From the NCBI GenBank assembly GCA_051891395.1, contig JBJFFC010000003.1, forward strand, positions 40,300 through 104,299: 64,000 bases of DNA, given 5' to 3'. Below the pieces are notes generated by a model, which searched no databases, was not told where the DNA came from, and worked only from the letters and a program-made list of their open reading frames with translations. This DNA is from Clostridia bacterium (lineage in GTDB: Bacteria; Bacillota; Clostridia; TANB77; CAG-508). A program made the position numbers and the translations under genes. Below, piece after piece: positions 27,433 to 36,230 of the stretch (positions within the stretch are counted from its first letter, which is position 1; each line of letters opens with the position of its first letter).

Positions 27433-28162
27433 TCAAAATAATTCTTCTAATTTATATTCTTTTTCTAATTTCTCATTAAAATATATTTTGTTTATTAATT
27501 TAAACTCTTCTAAAGATTCGTCTTTTATATTAAAAGAATATATCTTTTTAGCCGGAGCGGTAACTGTATATTTAATTGCATTTTTTGTGCTTTCACTCAT
27601 TGTAATTGTTGACTTGTCTTGTCTGCTACATGCCTCACATTTAAATCCACTATCTTTTATACTAAATTTTTGTAAATTTTCTTTTTCTTTACAATTCACG
27701 CACTCTTTTATATTAGGTGTAAATCCAAGTATCGTTAATAATCGCATTTTAAATATACTTAATACTAAATCTAAATTTTTATCCGTTTCCGATATGGTAT
27801 ATAGCGTATTTAATAACAATTGCAATATGTTATAACAATTCTGATTTTCATGTGTTACATCTTGTATAATTTTATTAATATGTACTGCATACTTTAATTT
27901 ATCTAAATCAGTTCTGATATTATAAAATACCTCTATAGGTTCTACTGAATTTATATGATATGTGTTTGTTCCCTTATACATTAAATACTCACCAAAGCAA
28001 AACATTTGCGTGCCAGCTAAAAGAGCACTTTTAGGTCTTCTTGCCCCTTTAGCGACACAAGAGATTTTTCCGAGTTCCTGGCGTTAACATTGTTAGCATT
28101 TTATCAAAATCTCCTAAATTGTTTTCAGATAGTATTATTCCATTTATTTTCGTGTTGGTCAT
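27433..28162 (-). pseudogene. recO: DNA repair protein RecO, frameshifted
   Basis: N-terminal frame MTNTKINGIILSENNLGDFDKMLTMLTPGTRK... stops at 28049. The frame of ORF 27433-28005, which stays open upstream to about 28070, reads KISCVAKGARRPKSALLAGTQMFCFGEY... Span is 3n+1; removing one base of the T5 run at 28065-28069 restores a ~243-aa RecO. Confidence 0.8.
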
Positions 28163-28283
28163 TTTTTTTTACATCCTTTTCTTTGTTCATTTGACTTTCT
28201 ATGTTTTCTATTTGTTTTAATTCTAAGAACGCATTAATATCACCTGTTTTTTTAAAGGTATCCCATGCTATTTTCTTTATCAT
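28125..28283 (-). CDS. YqzL-family small protein
   Basis: 52-aa ORF MIKKIAWDTFKKTGDINAFLELKQIE... below the ORF-track cutoff; overlaps the recO start as in the Bacillus era-yqzL-recO arrangement. Confidence 0.7.
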   Translation of the reverse strand: MIKKIAWDTFKKTGDINAFLELKQIENIESQMNKEKDVKKNDQHENKWNNTI

Positions 28284-28371
28284 AAGCTTCACTTCCTTTA
28301 TTCTAACTTAAAGTTTTACCTTTAATTTTATCTTTTGCCTTTTTGCTTATTTTTATACTTATAAGAAATGA

Positions 28372-28599
28372 TTTTTACTGTATTTTAAAAATTGTTACTG
28401 TTCGACTAGACATATTCAAATATTCGTGCGAGAAGAGTTCTATATATTTTTTAAGCGAACTTTTCCGTGGGGACCGCTGAGAGCTGTTAAATGCATTAGC
28501 ATTGTTACAGCTCCAGTGGGAAGAAGTGAGTATAAAAATATATAAACTCTTCGGAAGCATTCGATTTTTATAAAGGCTGCACAGTAACTAAAAATTTTC
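28372..28599. other. Unique ~225-nt rod-like structured element between era and yqzL
   Basis: Nested complementary arms: aaaaattgttactgt / acagtaactaaaaatttt, gaagagttctatatattttt / aaaaatatataaactcttc, acttttcc / ggaagaagt; apical hairpin gagctgttaaatgc-atta-gcattgttacagctc; contains GGGGACCGCTG. Confidence 0.6.
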
Positions 28600-29501
28600 T
28601 ATTTCAGTTTAAACTTATCAACAATAGAATTATTGTCTTGCCAGTCTTCTTTGACTTTAACCCATGTTTTTAAATTAATTTTTACTCCAAAATTTTCTTC
28701 CATATCTATTCTAGCTGCTCTTCCAATTCTTTTTAACATATCTCCATTTTTTCCTATTATAATTCCTTTATGAGAATTTCTTAGACAATATATGGTAGCC
28801 TCTATATCATATATATCTTCATTATTTTTATTTTTTCTTTGCTTCATTTTTTCTACTTCTACATAAATTCCATGTGGTACTTCGTCTTGCAATAATTTCA
28901 AAGCCTTTTCTCTCACTGTTTCTTCTGCTAATTGTCTCAACGTTTGATCTGTATATTCCTCCATATCATAATATGCAGGTCCTGGTTTTAGGTTCTTTTC
29001 TATTTCCTCTAATATGACATCTTTATATTTAGCATTTGTTGCTGATACTGGAATAACTGCTTCAAACTCATATTCTTTACTATATATATCAATTAATTTT
29101 AAGAGTTTTTCTCTTTTAACTAAATCAATTTTGTTAATAATTAATATCGTCTTTCTTTTTGCTTCCTTAATTTTATCTAATATAATTCTATCTCCTCTGC
29201 CTATATCATCGCTCGTAGCTTCAATTAAAAATAGAACAATATCGCTATCTGCCAAACTAGTAAAAGATGTTTCTACCATAGTTGCATTTAATTTTGTTTT
29301 CGGTTTATGAATTCCTGGTGTATCGACAAATATAATTTGTGAATTTTCCCTATTAACAATCCCTTTTATAGCTGTTCTAGTAGTTTGTACTTTATTAGCA
29401 ATTGCTGCCACTTTTTCGCCCACTAATAAATTAAGTAAAGTAGACTTTCCTACATTTGTTCTTCCAATTAACGTTACAAATCCTGATTTAAATTCTTCCA
29501 T
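28599..29501 (-). CDS. era: GTPase Era
   Basis: GFVTLIGRTNVGKSTLLN (G1), DTPG, NKID, C-terminal KH domain; start set at MEEFKSG behind ggagg (upstream ORF extension runs through a hairpin repeat). Confidence 0.9.
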   Translation of the reverse strand: MEEFKSGFVTLIGRTNVGKSTLLNLLVGEKVAAIANKVQTTRTAIKGIVNRENSQIIFVDTPGIHKPKTKLNATMVETSFTSLADSDIVLFLIEATSDDIGRGDRIILDKIKEAKRKTILIINKIDLVKREKLLKLIDIYSKEYEFEAVIPVSATNAKYKDVILEEIEKNLKPGPAYYDMEEYTDQTLRQLAEETVREKALKLLQDEVPHGIYVEVEKMKQRKNKNNEDIYDIEATIYCLRNSHKGIIIGKNGDMLKRIGRAARIDMEENFGVKINLKTWVKVKEDWQDNNSIVDKFKLK

Positions 29502-29533
29502 ATTTTCCTCCATGTCCAATTGGGGACGTTTCC

Positions 29534-29604
29534 TAATGGACATTTTTAAGTTAGCTGTTAGAGCTTTGCTCGTTACAGATAACTTATGCAGCGGCTGTCC
29601 ATTA
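29534..29604. repeat. Imperfect hairpin next to a CAATTGGGGACGTTTCC motif upstream of era
   Basis: taatggaca...taagttagctgt pairs with acagataactta...tgtccatta; adjacent motif also seen at 3102-3116. Confidence 0.5.
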
Positions 29605-29868
29605 GTGACACATCTCAATTATCATTACTTTATATTATACACTACTTTTGTGCTAAATTTGTAGAAACTACAAACTAAAACATATTATTTTTTCTTTTTA
29701 TATTCTATCAGTAAATTCACTTTTTTTCAATCCAAAAAGCAATTTTTGAGTGAATATAAAAAAACGAATTTCAGAATTTCTAAGCGATGAAAATCGCAAA
29801 GAAATTCTAGCAATTCCCATATTTATCTTGTACGGAAAGTCCTCCTACTAGGAGAACTTTCCTACAAT

Positions 29869-29898
29869 ATAAAAAAGTCTGAATAGTAAATTCAGACT
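29869..29898 (-). terminator. Intrinsic terminator after the GT4 gene
   Basis: agtctgaat-agtaa-attcagact followed on the minus strand by tttttt. Confidence 0.65.
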
Positions 29899-29931
29899 AA
29901 TATTAATATATCGACTTTCTTGCTTGTATTG

Positions 29932-31224
29932 TTATGCATATGCTTGACGTTTCTTAAAGCTAAGTAAATTTGTAATCTCATTTTCTGTATTTTTGGCTCT
30001 TTTGGTCTTTTTAGCTCTTTCTTGTTCCAATTCTCTTTTTTGTTTTTCTGCCATTGATTGACAAATTGCTTTTTGATAAGTAAAGTGCGTATCTTGAGCA
30101 ATTTTACTCCAATTATATTCGTTTCTAACTTTGTTTTTTGCTTTTTTTGTTATATCTGCACATAATTTATGATCGTATAACAATTCTAATATAGAATCTG
30201 CTATAGAATTAGGATTTCCACAATATGCTTTCATCCCATTTACTCTATGTTCTACTATTTCATTTAACCCTCCGATATCGGAAACTACAATCGGATTTTC
30301 TGAAAGCATTGCTTCTAAAGCTACAATCCCAAATGGTTCATATGTACTTGGAAATACTGCTATATCTGCAGCTTTATACATTTTTTGAACATCTTTGCCA
30401 TTCATATAGCCTGCAAAATATACTTTATTTCCAATTCCCATTGCATTTACTTGTCTTTGTAGCTCTTCTTGCATTGCACCTTTTCCACATATTACAAGTT
30501 TACTATCTCGGTATCCTTGCAATATCTTAGGCATAGCTGCTATTAAGTGTTGTATTCCTTTTTCATAAACAAGTCTTCCCATAAATAGTATAATTTTTTC
30601 ATTATCCATGGCATATTTTCTTCTAAAGTTATAATCTCGCTCTACCCCATTGAATAGACTCAAATTAACTCCATTTGGTATAACATTTATTTTTTCGTAA
30701 GGTAATCCAAATAATCTTTGTAATTCATTTTTCATATAATTACTATTTACAATTACTTCTGCTGATTCATATGTTAACATCCATTCTGTATCATTAATGT
30801 ATCTTTGTTGCTCATCATGTATTCCACTATTTCTTCCTGCCTCTGTTGCATGTATTGTTGAAACAATTGGTATATTATAAGAATTTTTTAATGTTTTTGC
30901 TGCATATGTTACTAGCCAATCATGGGCATGTATTACATCAAAATTCCCTTGTTCTTTCATTATTTCATTTGCTTTTGCTACCATATTGAAGTTCATTTGC
31001 ATAATCCAATCAATAAAATTGTTTGGATTTATCATATAGTTATCAACCCTATAAACTTTTACACCTTTATCGTCCTCAAAATATGGTGCGTCACCTTCTC
31101 TATAGGTTACAACAGTTACATCATGCCCATCTTTTAATAAAGTTCTTGATATATCATATACTACTCTAGCAATTCCTCCTACAACCCTTGGTGGGTATTC
31201 CCATGTTAACATTAGTATTTTCAT
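29932..31224 (-). CDS. GT4-family glycosyltransferase
   Basis: MKILMLTWEYPPRVVGGIARVV N-terminus and EPFGIVALEAM ... GGLNEIV GT-B C-domain motifs; K/E-rich tail. Confidence 0.85.
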   Translation of the reverse strand: MKILMLTWEYPPRVVGGIARVVYDISRTLLKDGHDVTVVTYREGDAPYFEDDKGVKVYRVDNYMINPNNFIDWIMQMNFNMVAKANEIMKEQGNFDVIHAHDWLVTYAAKTLKNSYNIPIVSTIHATEAGRNSGIHDEQQRYINDTEWMLTYESAEVIVNSNYMKNELQRLFGLPYEKINVIPNGVNLSLFNGVERDYNFRRKYAMDNEKIILFMGRLVYEKGIQHLIAAMPKILQGYRDSKLVICGKGAMQEELQRQVNAMGIGNKVYFAGYMNGKDVQKMYKAADIAVFPSTYEPFGIVALEAMLSENPIVVSDIGGLNEIVEHRVNGMKAYCGNPNSIADSILELLYDHKLCADITKKAKNKVRNEYNWSKIAQDTHFTYQKAICQSMAEKQKRELEQERAKKTKRAKNTENEITNLLSFKKRQAYA

Positions 31225-31346
31225 TGATATACTTCCTTTCTCTTTTACATTTTCTTTTGTTAAACATTTTTCTTATAATAATTGATATCTATCAAAATAT
31301 ATTGTCTATTTTCGACATTTTATTCTTTATTTCTATTGTATACAAC

Positions 31347-31390
31347 TTTTTAAAAAAAGTAAATGCTTTTTTAAAAAAACATTTACTTTT
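31347..31390 (-). terminator. Intrinsic terminator ending the fab/acc operon
   Basis: aaaagtaaatg / catttactttt hairpin with a T7 run on the minus strand. Confidence 0.65.
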
Positions 31391-31427
31391 TTATATTGTT
31401 AAGTTAATGTTGTCAAGTTAATTAGTA

Positions 31428-31466
31428 GATTGCGACACACAAGGTGTAAGAAAATAATATAGTACA
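31428..31466 (+). repeat. Family B element, solo right half
   Basis: gattgcgacacacaaggtgtaagaaaataatatagtac matches the right arm of family B; no left arm present. Confidence 0.65.
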
Positions 31467-31485
31467 ATTTAGCAAATATCAACAT

Positions 31486-32832
31486 TTATTTCCCATTAAA
31501 TTTTTTAGCAATAAAAGATGTATCATAATTATTATTTTTAAAATCTTCATCTTCTAATATTTTTAAAATAAAATCAGAGTTTGTTGTTATCCCATCCACA
31601 ACCAACTCAGAAATCGCACTCTTCATTTTTGCGATTGATTCTTTTCTTGTTTTTCCATGAACTATTATTTTTGCTATCATAGAATCATAAGTTGGTGGGA
31701 TTTTATACCCACAATATATAGCTGTATCTACTCTTATTCCATTTCCTCCTGGGAGATGGATATCAGTAATTGTTCCTGGACATGGCATAAAGTTATTTTC
31801 TGGATTTTCGGCATTTATTCTAACTTCCATACTATGTCCTGTAAATGAAATATCCTTTTGCTTATAAGAAAGTTTCTCTCCACTTGCTATTTTTATTTGT
31901 TCCTTTATGATATCAACTCCTGTTACCATTTCTGTTACCGGATGTTCCACTTGTACTCTTGTGTTCATTTCCATGAAATAAAAATCTTTATTTTTGTCAA
32001 CTAAAAATTCAATTGTTCCTGCATTACTATAACCAATTTGCTTCACAGCATTTACAGCAATTTCTCCCATTTTCTTTCTTGCTTTTGTATCTAAGATTTC
32101 TGATGGTGTTTCTTCTAAAACCTTTTGATTTCTTCTTTGAACAGAACAATCTCTTTCCCCTAAATGAATACAATTTCCATGTTCATCTGCTAAAACTTGA
32201 ATTTCTACATGTCTTGGATTTTCAATAAATTTTTCTAAATAAATGCTATCATCGTTAAAGGAAACTTTCGCCTCTTGCTTTACTAAATCATAAGCCTTTT
32301 CTAATTGTTCTTGGGAATAAGCAACTCGAATTCCTCTTCCTCCACCACCAGCGGATGCTTTTAGCATAACGGGATATTTCATTTTTGCTGCTAAATTAAT
32401 TGCCTGTTCTTTGGATTCAATTAATCCATCTGATCCTGGTACTACTGGTACACCTGCTTTTTTCATTGTTTCTTTTGCTTTTGATTTATTTCCCAATAGT
32501 TCTATCAATTTATAATTAGGACCTATAAACTTAATTCCCATTTCTTCACATATCTTAGCAAAATTACTATTTTCTGATAAAAATCCGAATCCCGGATGAA
32601 TACAATCTGCACCGGTTAAACAAGCAGCTTCTAACACCGCCTTCATATTTAAATAACTTTTATTAGACGGTGCTGGTCCTACACAAATTGCTTCATCTGC
32701 TAGGCTTACATGTAATGCTGTTTTATCTGCTTCTGAATAAATAGCAACAGTTCTTATTCCCATTTCTCTACATGCTCTTATAATTCTAACAGCTATTTCT
32801 CCTCTATTGGCGATTAAAACTTTTTTTAACAT
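31486..32832 (-). CDS. accC: Acetyl-CoA carboxylase biotin carboxylase subunit
   Basis: MLKKVLIANRGEIAVRIIRACREMGI, ATP-grasp GGGGRGIRV, full length 448 aa. Confidence 0.95.
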   Translation of the reverse strand: MLKKVLIANRGEIAVRIIRACREMGIRTVAIYSEADKTALHVSLADEAICVGPAPSNKSYLNMKAVLEAACLTGADCIHPGFGFLSENSNFAKICEEMGIKFIGPNYKLIELLGNKSKAKETMKKAGVPVVPGSDGLIESKEQAINLAAKMKYPVMLKASAGGGGRGIRVAYSQEQLEKAYDLVKQEAKVSFNDDSIYLEKFIENPRHVEIQVLADEHGNCIHLGERDCSVQRRNQKVLEETPSEILDTKARKKMGEIAVNAVKQIGYSNAGTIEFLVDKNKDFYFMEMNTRVQVEHPVTEMVTGVDIIKEQIKIASGEKLSYKQKDISFTGHSMEVRINAENPENNFMPCPGTITDIHLPGGNGIRVDTAIYCGYKIPPTYDSMIAKIIVHGKTRKESIAKMKSAISELVVDGITTNSDFILKILEDEDFKNNNYDTSFIAKKFNGK

Positions 32833-32862
32833 CTCTCTCTCCTTTTAAAACATTGAAACATT

Positions 32863-32908
32863 GGGGACAGGTCTAAAATGTCTCATTTTTTTGTCACTTT
32901 TTGTCGTT
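32863..32908. repeat. Family A element, left half only
   Basis: ggggacaggtctaaaatgtctcatttttttgtcactttttgtcgtttt aligns with the left half of the 118-bp element; abuts the fabZ stop. Confidence 0.7.
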
Positions 32909-33334
32909 TTATACGATTGCGAAAGTAAGTTCTCCTTTTACTGCCACTTTTCCATCCACTGTAGCAATTGCCTCTCCAATTCCAATCGGTCCTTTTCTTT
33001 TTATAATTTTCACTTCTAATTTTAGTGTATCACCTGGTATCACTTGTTTCTTAAAACGAAGTTTGTCTATCCCTCCGAATAAAGCATTTTTCCCTTTATT
33101 TTCTTCCATAGAAAGTATCGCAATTGCCCCTGTTTGTGCTAATGATTCTACAATTAATACACCAGGCATAATTGGATTTCCTGGAAAATGTCCTTGAAAG
33201 TAATATTCATTTTCATTAACATGCTTATAAGCAATTGCACTTTCTCCCGGTATGTATTCTTCTACTTCATCTATCATCAAAAATGGTTCTCTTTGCGGAA
33301 TAATTTTCTTAATTCCTTCTTTGTCTAACATCAT
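32909..33334 (-). CDS. fabZ: 3-hydroxyacyl-ACP dehydratase FabZ
   Basis: LMIDEV ... [20 protein letters not shown] hot-dog fold motifs. Confidence 0.95.
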   Translation of the reverse strand: MMLDKEGIKKIIPQREPFLMIDEVEEYIPGESAIAYKHVNENEYYFQGHFPGNPIMPGVLIVESLAQTGAIAILSMEENKGKNALFGGIDKLRFKKQVIPGDTLKLEVKIIKRKGPIGIGEAIATVDGKVAVKGELTFAIV

Positions 33335-33394
33335 TCTATTTTTTTCCTCTCTTAATTTATATCTTGAATAGTAGTATTGTCAAAGTAGTATATT

Positions 33395-33865
33395 TTACTT
33401 TATTTTAAATAGTGGCATTCCATATTCAACTACTTCTTCATTTTTTACACAAACTTCTACTATTTCTCCATCAAATTCAGACTCTATTTCATTCATTAAT
33501 TTCATTGCTTCTACAATACATAGCACTTGTCCTTTTTGAACCTTATCTCCTACTTTTACAAATGCTTCCGCATCTGGCGAAGAACTCTCATAAAAAGTTC
33601 CTACCATTGGACTTTTTACTATTTTGTAATTTTCCTCTTTATTATCCATTACCAATAAACTGTCTTCTTGTTTTTCAGTAACTACTGGAACTGTCATAGG
33701 AGCGCTCGCTTCAATCACATCTGTTCCTTTAGTATTTACTACTACTTCTTTCTGACTATTTTTAGTCATACTAATTTTTATTCCATCCGGAAATTCTATA
33801 TCTAATGAATCTAATTTTGAATTTCCCATGTCTTCCATTAATTTTTTAATGTCTTTATAATCCAT
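33395..33865 (-). CDS. accB: Biotin carboxyl carrier protein AccB
   Basis: C-terminal biotinyl domain with CIVEAMKLMNEIE; start set at MDYKDIKKLM. Confidence 0.9.
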   Translation of the reverse strand: MDYKDIKKLMEDMGNSKLDSLDIEFPDGIKISMTKNSQKEVVVNTKGTDVIEASAPMTVPVVTEKQEDSLLVMDNKEENYKIVKSPMVGTFYESSSPDAEAFVKVGDKVQKGQVLCIVEAMKLMNEIESEFDGEIVEVCVKNEEVVEYGMPLFKIK

Positions 33866-33910
33866 TCTTTTACCTCTCTTAATCATGAATTCTTATTATT
33901 AAAAAGTTAT

Positions 33911-35149
33911 CTACTCTTCATATTTTTTTAATAAAATACTACTGTTGTGCCCACCAAATCCCAAAGAATTTGATATTGCATATTTTATCTCCACTTTTCT
34001 TCCTTGATTTGGTACTATATCTAGATCACATTCTTCATCTGGTACTTTATAATTTATAGTTGCTGGGGCAAAACCTTCTTCTATTGCTTTACTACATACA
34101 ATTGCTTCCACTCCTCCTGCTGCCCCCAAAAGATGTCCCGTATGTCCTTTTGTCGAGCTCACCATTACCTTTCTAGCACTTTCTTCTCCTAAAGCTGTTT
34201 TGATTGCCGCTGTTTCGCAAGCATCATTTAAATGTGTTGATGTTCCATGCGCATTAATATAAGTAATCTCTTCTGGTTTTACATTTCCTTCTTCCATAGC
34301 AATTTTCATTGCTCTTGCTCCACCTTCTCCTCCAGGAGCTGGCGAAGTAATATGATAGCTATCGGAAGTAGCACCATAACCAACAAGTTCAGCATATATT
34401 TTAGCACCTCTTGCTTTCGCATGTTCTAATTCTTCTAATACAAGGATTCCTGCACCTTCTCCCATAACAAATCCATTTCTTTCTTTATCAAATGGAATAC
34501 TTGCTCTTAGCTTATCTTCTGACTTGCTTAGAGCTTTTATATTACTAAATCCGGCTATGCTAAGTGGTGTAATTGAACTTTCTGTTCCTCCTGCTAATAC
34601 AATATCTTGATATCCATGCTTTATCATTCTGAAGCTTTCTCCAATGCAATGTGTTCCTGTTGCACATGCGGTTACCATGGCAATCGATTCTCCTTTTGCT
34701 CCAATTTCAATTGCCACATTTCCTGCTGCCATATTAGAGATTGACATAGGAATATACATAGGTGAAATTCTATCAGGTCCTTTTTCTATTATCTTCTTGT
34801 TTTCATTCTCAATTGTCTCAATTCCACCAATTCCAGAACCTAAGATAACTCCTACTCTTTCCATATTCTCTTTTTCTTTATCTAATCCACTATCTTTCCA
34901 AGCTTCTCTTGCTGCTATCATGGCATATTGTGAGAATTTATCTAATCTTTTTGCCTCTCTTCTATCAAAATAGTCTTCTGGATTATATCCTTTTACTTCT
35001 GCTGCTAATTTAACTTTAAAATCAGTGGTGTCAAATGCGGTTATTTTATCAATTCCACACTTTCCTTCTTTTATGCCATTCCAAAATTCTTCTACATTAT
35101 TTCCAATTGGAGTAATAGCTCCTAATCCTGTTATCACTACTCTTCTCAT
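33911..35149 (-). CDS. fabF: 3-oxoacyl-ACP synthase II
   Basis: MRRVVITGLGAITPIG, active-site ACATG, HGTSTHLND, GHLLGAAG. Confidence 0.95.
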   Translation of the reverse strand: MRRVVITGLGAITPIGNNVEEFWNGIKEGKCGIDKITAFDTTDFKVKLAAEVKGYNPEDYFDRREAKRLDKFSQYAMIAAREAWKDSGLDKEKENMERVGVILGSGIGGIETIENENKKIIEKGPDRISPMYIPMSISNMAAGNVAIEIGAKGESIAMVTACATGTHCIGESFRMIKHGYQDIVLAGGTESSITPLSIAGFSNIKALSKSEDKLRASIPFDKERNGFVMGEGAGILVLEELEHAKARGAKIYAELVGYGATSDSYHITSPAPGGEGGARAMKIAMEEGNVKPEEITYINAHGTSTHLNDACETAAIKTALGEESARKVMVSSTKGHTGHLLGAAGGVEAIVCSKAIEEGFAPATINYKVPDEECDLDIVPNQGRKVEIKYAISNSLGFGGHNSSILLKKYEE

Positions 35150-35200
35150 TTTACTCTCCTTATTTATATACTTGTAAGGGTGTTTGGAGCCATCCCCATA

Positions 35201-35363
35201 CTGTCAACTTAAGGTGTTATATATTATTTTTGCAACACCGCGTAAGCGACCAAACGAGCAAACTTGCGAGTGCGATTGGAGCAACTTACAGACTAGTATT
35301 TTTTGTTTAGTAAGTTGCGACACACAAGGTGTAAAAAATAATATGTAACACCTTAAGTTGACA
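35201..35363 (+). repeat. Family B long-hairpin element (full copy) inside the fabG-fabF spacer
   Basis: Core accgcgtaagcgaccaaacgagcaaacttgcgagtgcgattggagcaacttac...gtaagttgcgacacacaaggtgt with arms ctgtcaacttaaggtgttatatatt / aatatgtaacaccttaagttgacag. Confidence 0.8.
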
Positions 35364-35453
35364 GCGTTGGGCAACCCCCACCTATCCCAAAAGGTATGTT
35401 TTGGGACAGGTCACCTTTTAACTTTTTCTTCTTAGTTATACAACATTTTACCA

Positions 35454-35483
35454 TTTTTTTCTATTAGTATGACCAGTCAAATT
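35454..35483 (-). promoter_or_regulatory. Conserved fab-cluster motif, copy 1 (candidate operator)
   Basis: Minus-sense TTTGACTGGTCATACTAATAGAAAAAAA, right after the fabG stop; near-identical copy upstream of fabH at 38305-38331. Confidence 0.45.
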
Positions 35484-35487
35484 TATC

Positions 35488-36228
35488 TTACATAACCATT
35501 CCACCATCTACATTTATAACTTGACCTGTTATATAAGAACTTTTTTCACTTCCTAAAAAATAAATTAACTCAGCCACTTCTTTTGCTGTTCCCATTCTCT
35601 TTAAAGGTATCTGATTGTTAATATTTTCTTTTACTGTATCAGATAGAACACTTGTCATGTCAGTTTCTATAAATCCTGGTGCTACTGCATTTGCTCTAAT
35701 ATTTCTAGAAGCTAATTCTTTTGCAATACTTTTTGTAAATCCTATAATTCCTGCTTTTGAAGCCGAATAGTTACATTGTCCTGCATTTCCTGCTACACCT
35801 ACTACTGATGACAAATTCACAATGCTTCCTTGCCTTCTTTTCATCATATATTTTGAAACTGCCTTTGTTACCAAAAAAGTTCCTTTCAAATTAATATCTA
35901 CAACTTTATTAAATTCTTCTTCACTCATTCTCATCAATAAATTATCTCTTGTTATTCCCGCATTATTAACTAGTACATCTATCTTTTCAAATTTTTCAAT
36001 TGCTTGTTTTACCAAGGATTCTACATCTTCTTGTTTCGATACATCTGCCTTCACAATTAAACTTTCTATTCCTTTTTCGTAAAATTCCTTTTTTAATGTT
36101 TCAACATCTGTTTTATCTGAAATATAATTAACAATCACATCATATCCATTTTCTGCATACTTAATCGCTACTTCTTTTCCTATTCCTCTAGATCCCCCAG
36201 TTACTAATACTGTTTTTCTTTCTCCCAT
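35488..36228 (-). CDS. fabG: 3-oxoacyl-ACP reductase
   Basis: VLVTGGSRGIGKE, NNAG, YSASKAG SDR motifs. Confidence 0.95.
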   Translation of the reverse strand: MGERKTVLVTGGSRGIGKEVAIKYAENGYDVIVNYISDKTDVETLKKEFYEKGIESLIVKADVSKQEDVESLVKQAIEKFEKIDVLVNNAGITRDNLLMRMSEEEFNKVVDINLKGTFLVTKAVSKYMMKRRQGSIVNLSSVVGVAGNAGQCNYSASKAGIIGFTKSIAKELASRNIRANAVAPGFIETDMTSVLSDTVKENINNQIPLKRMGTAKEVAELIYFLGSEKSSYITGQVINVDGGMVM

Positions 36229-36230
36229 TA

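Noticed and set aside
28375-28560. 61-aa minus-strand ORF between era and yqzL
   Set aside because: It lies entirely inside a long palindromic structure, has no RBS, and its sequence shows no family resemblance. It is treated as non-coding.
28372-28599. 6S RNA candidate, given its ~200-nt rod-like fold
   Set aside because: There is no large central bubble, only 6-7 nt internal loops. No promoter or terminator is evident, and the sequence is unlike the B. subtilis 6S RNA I can recall.
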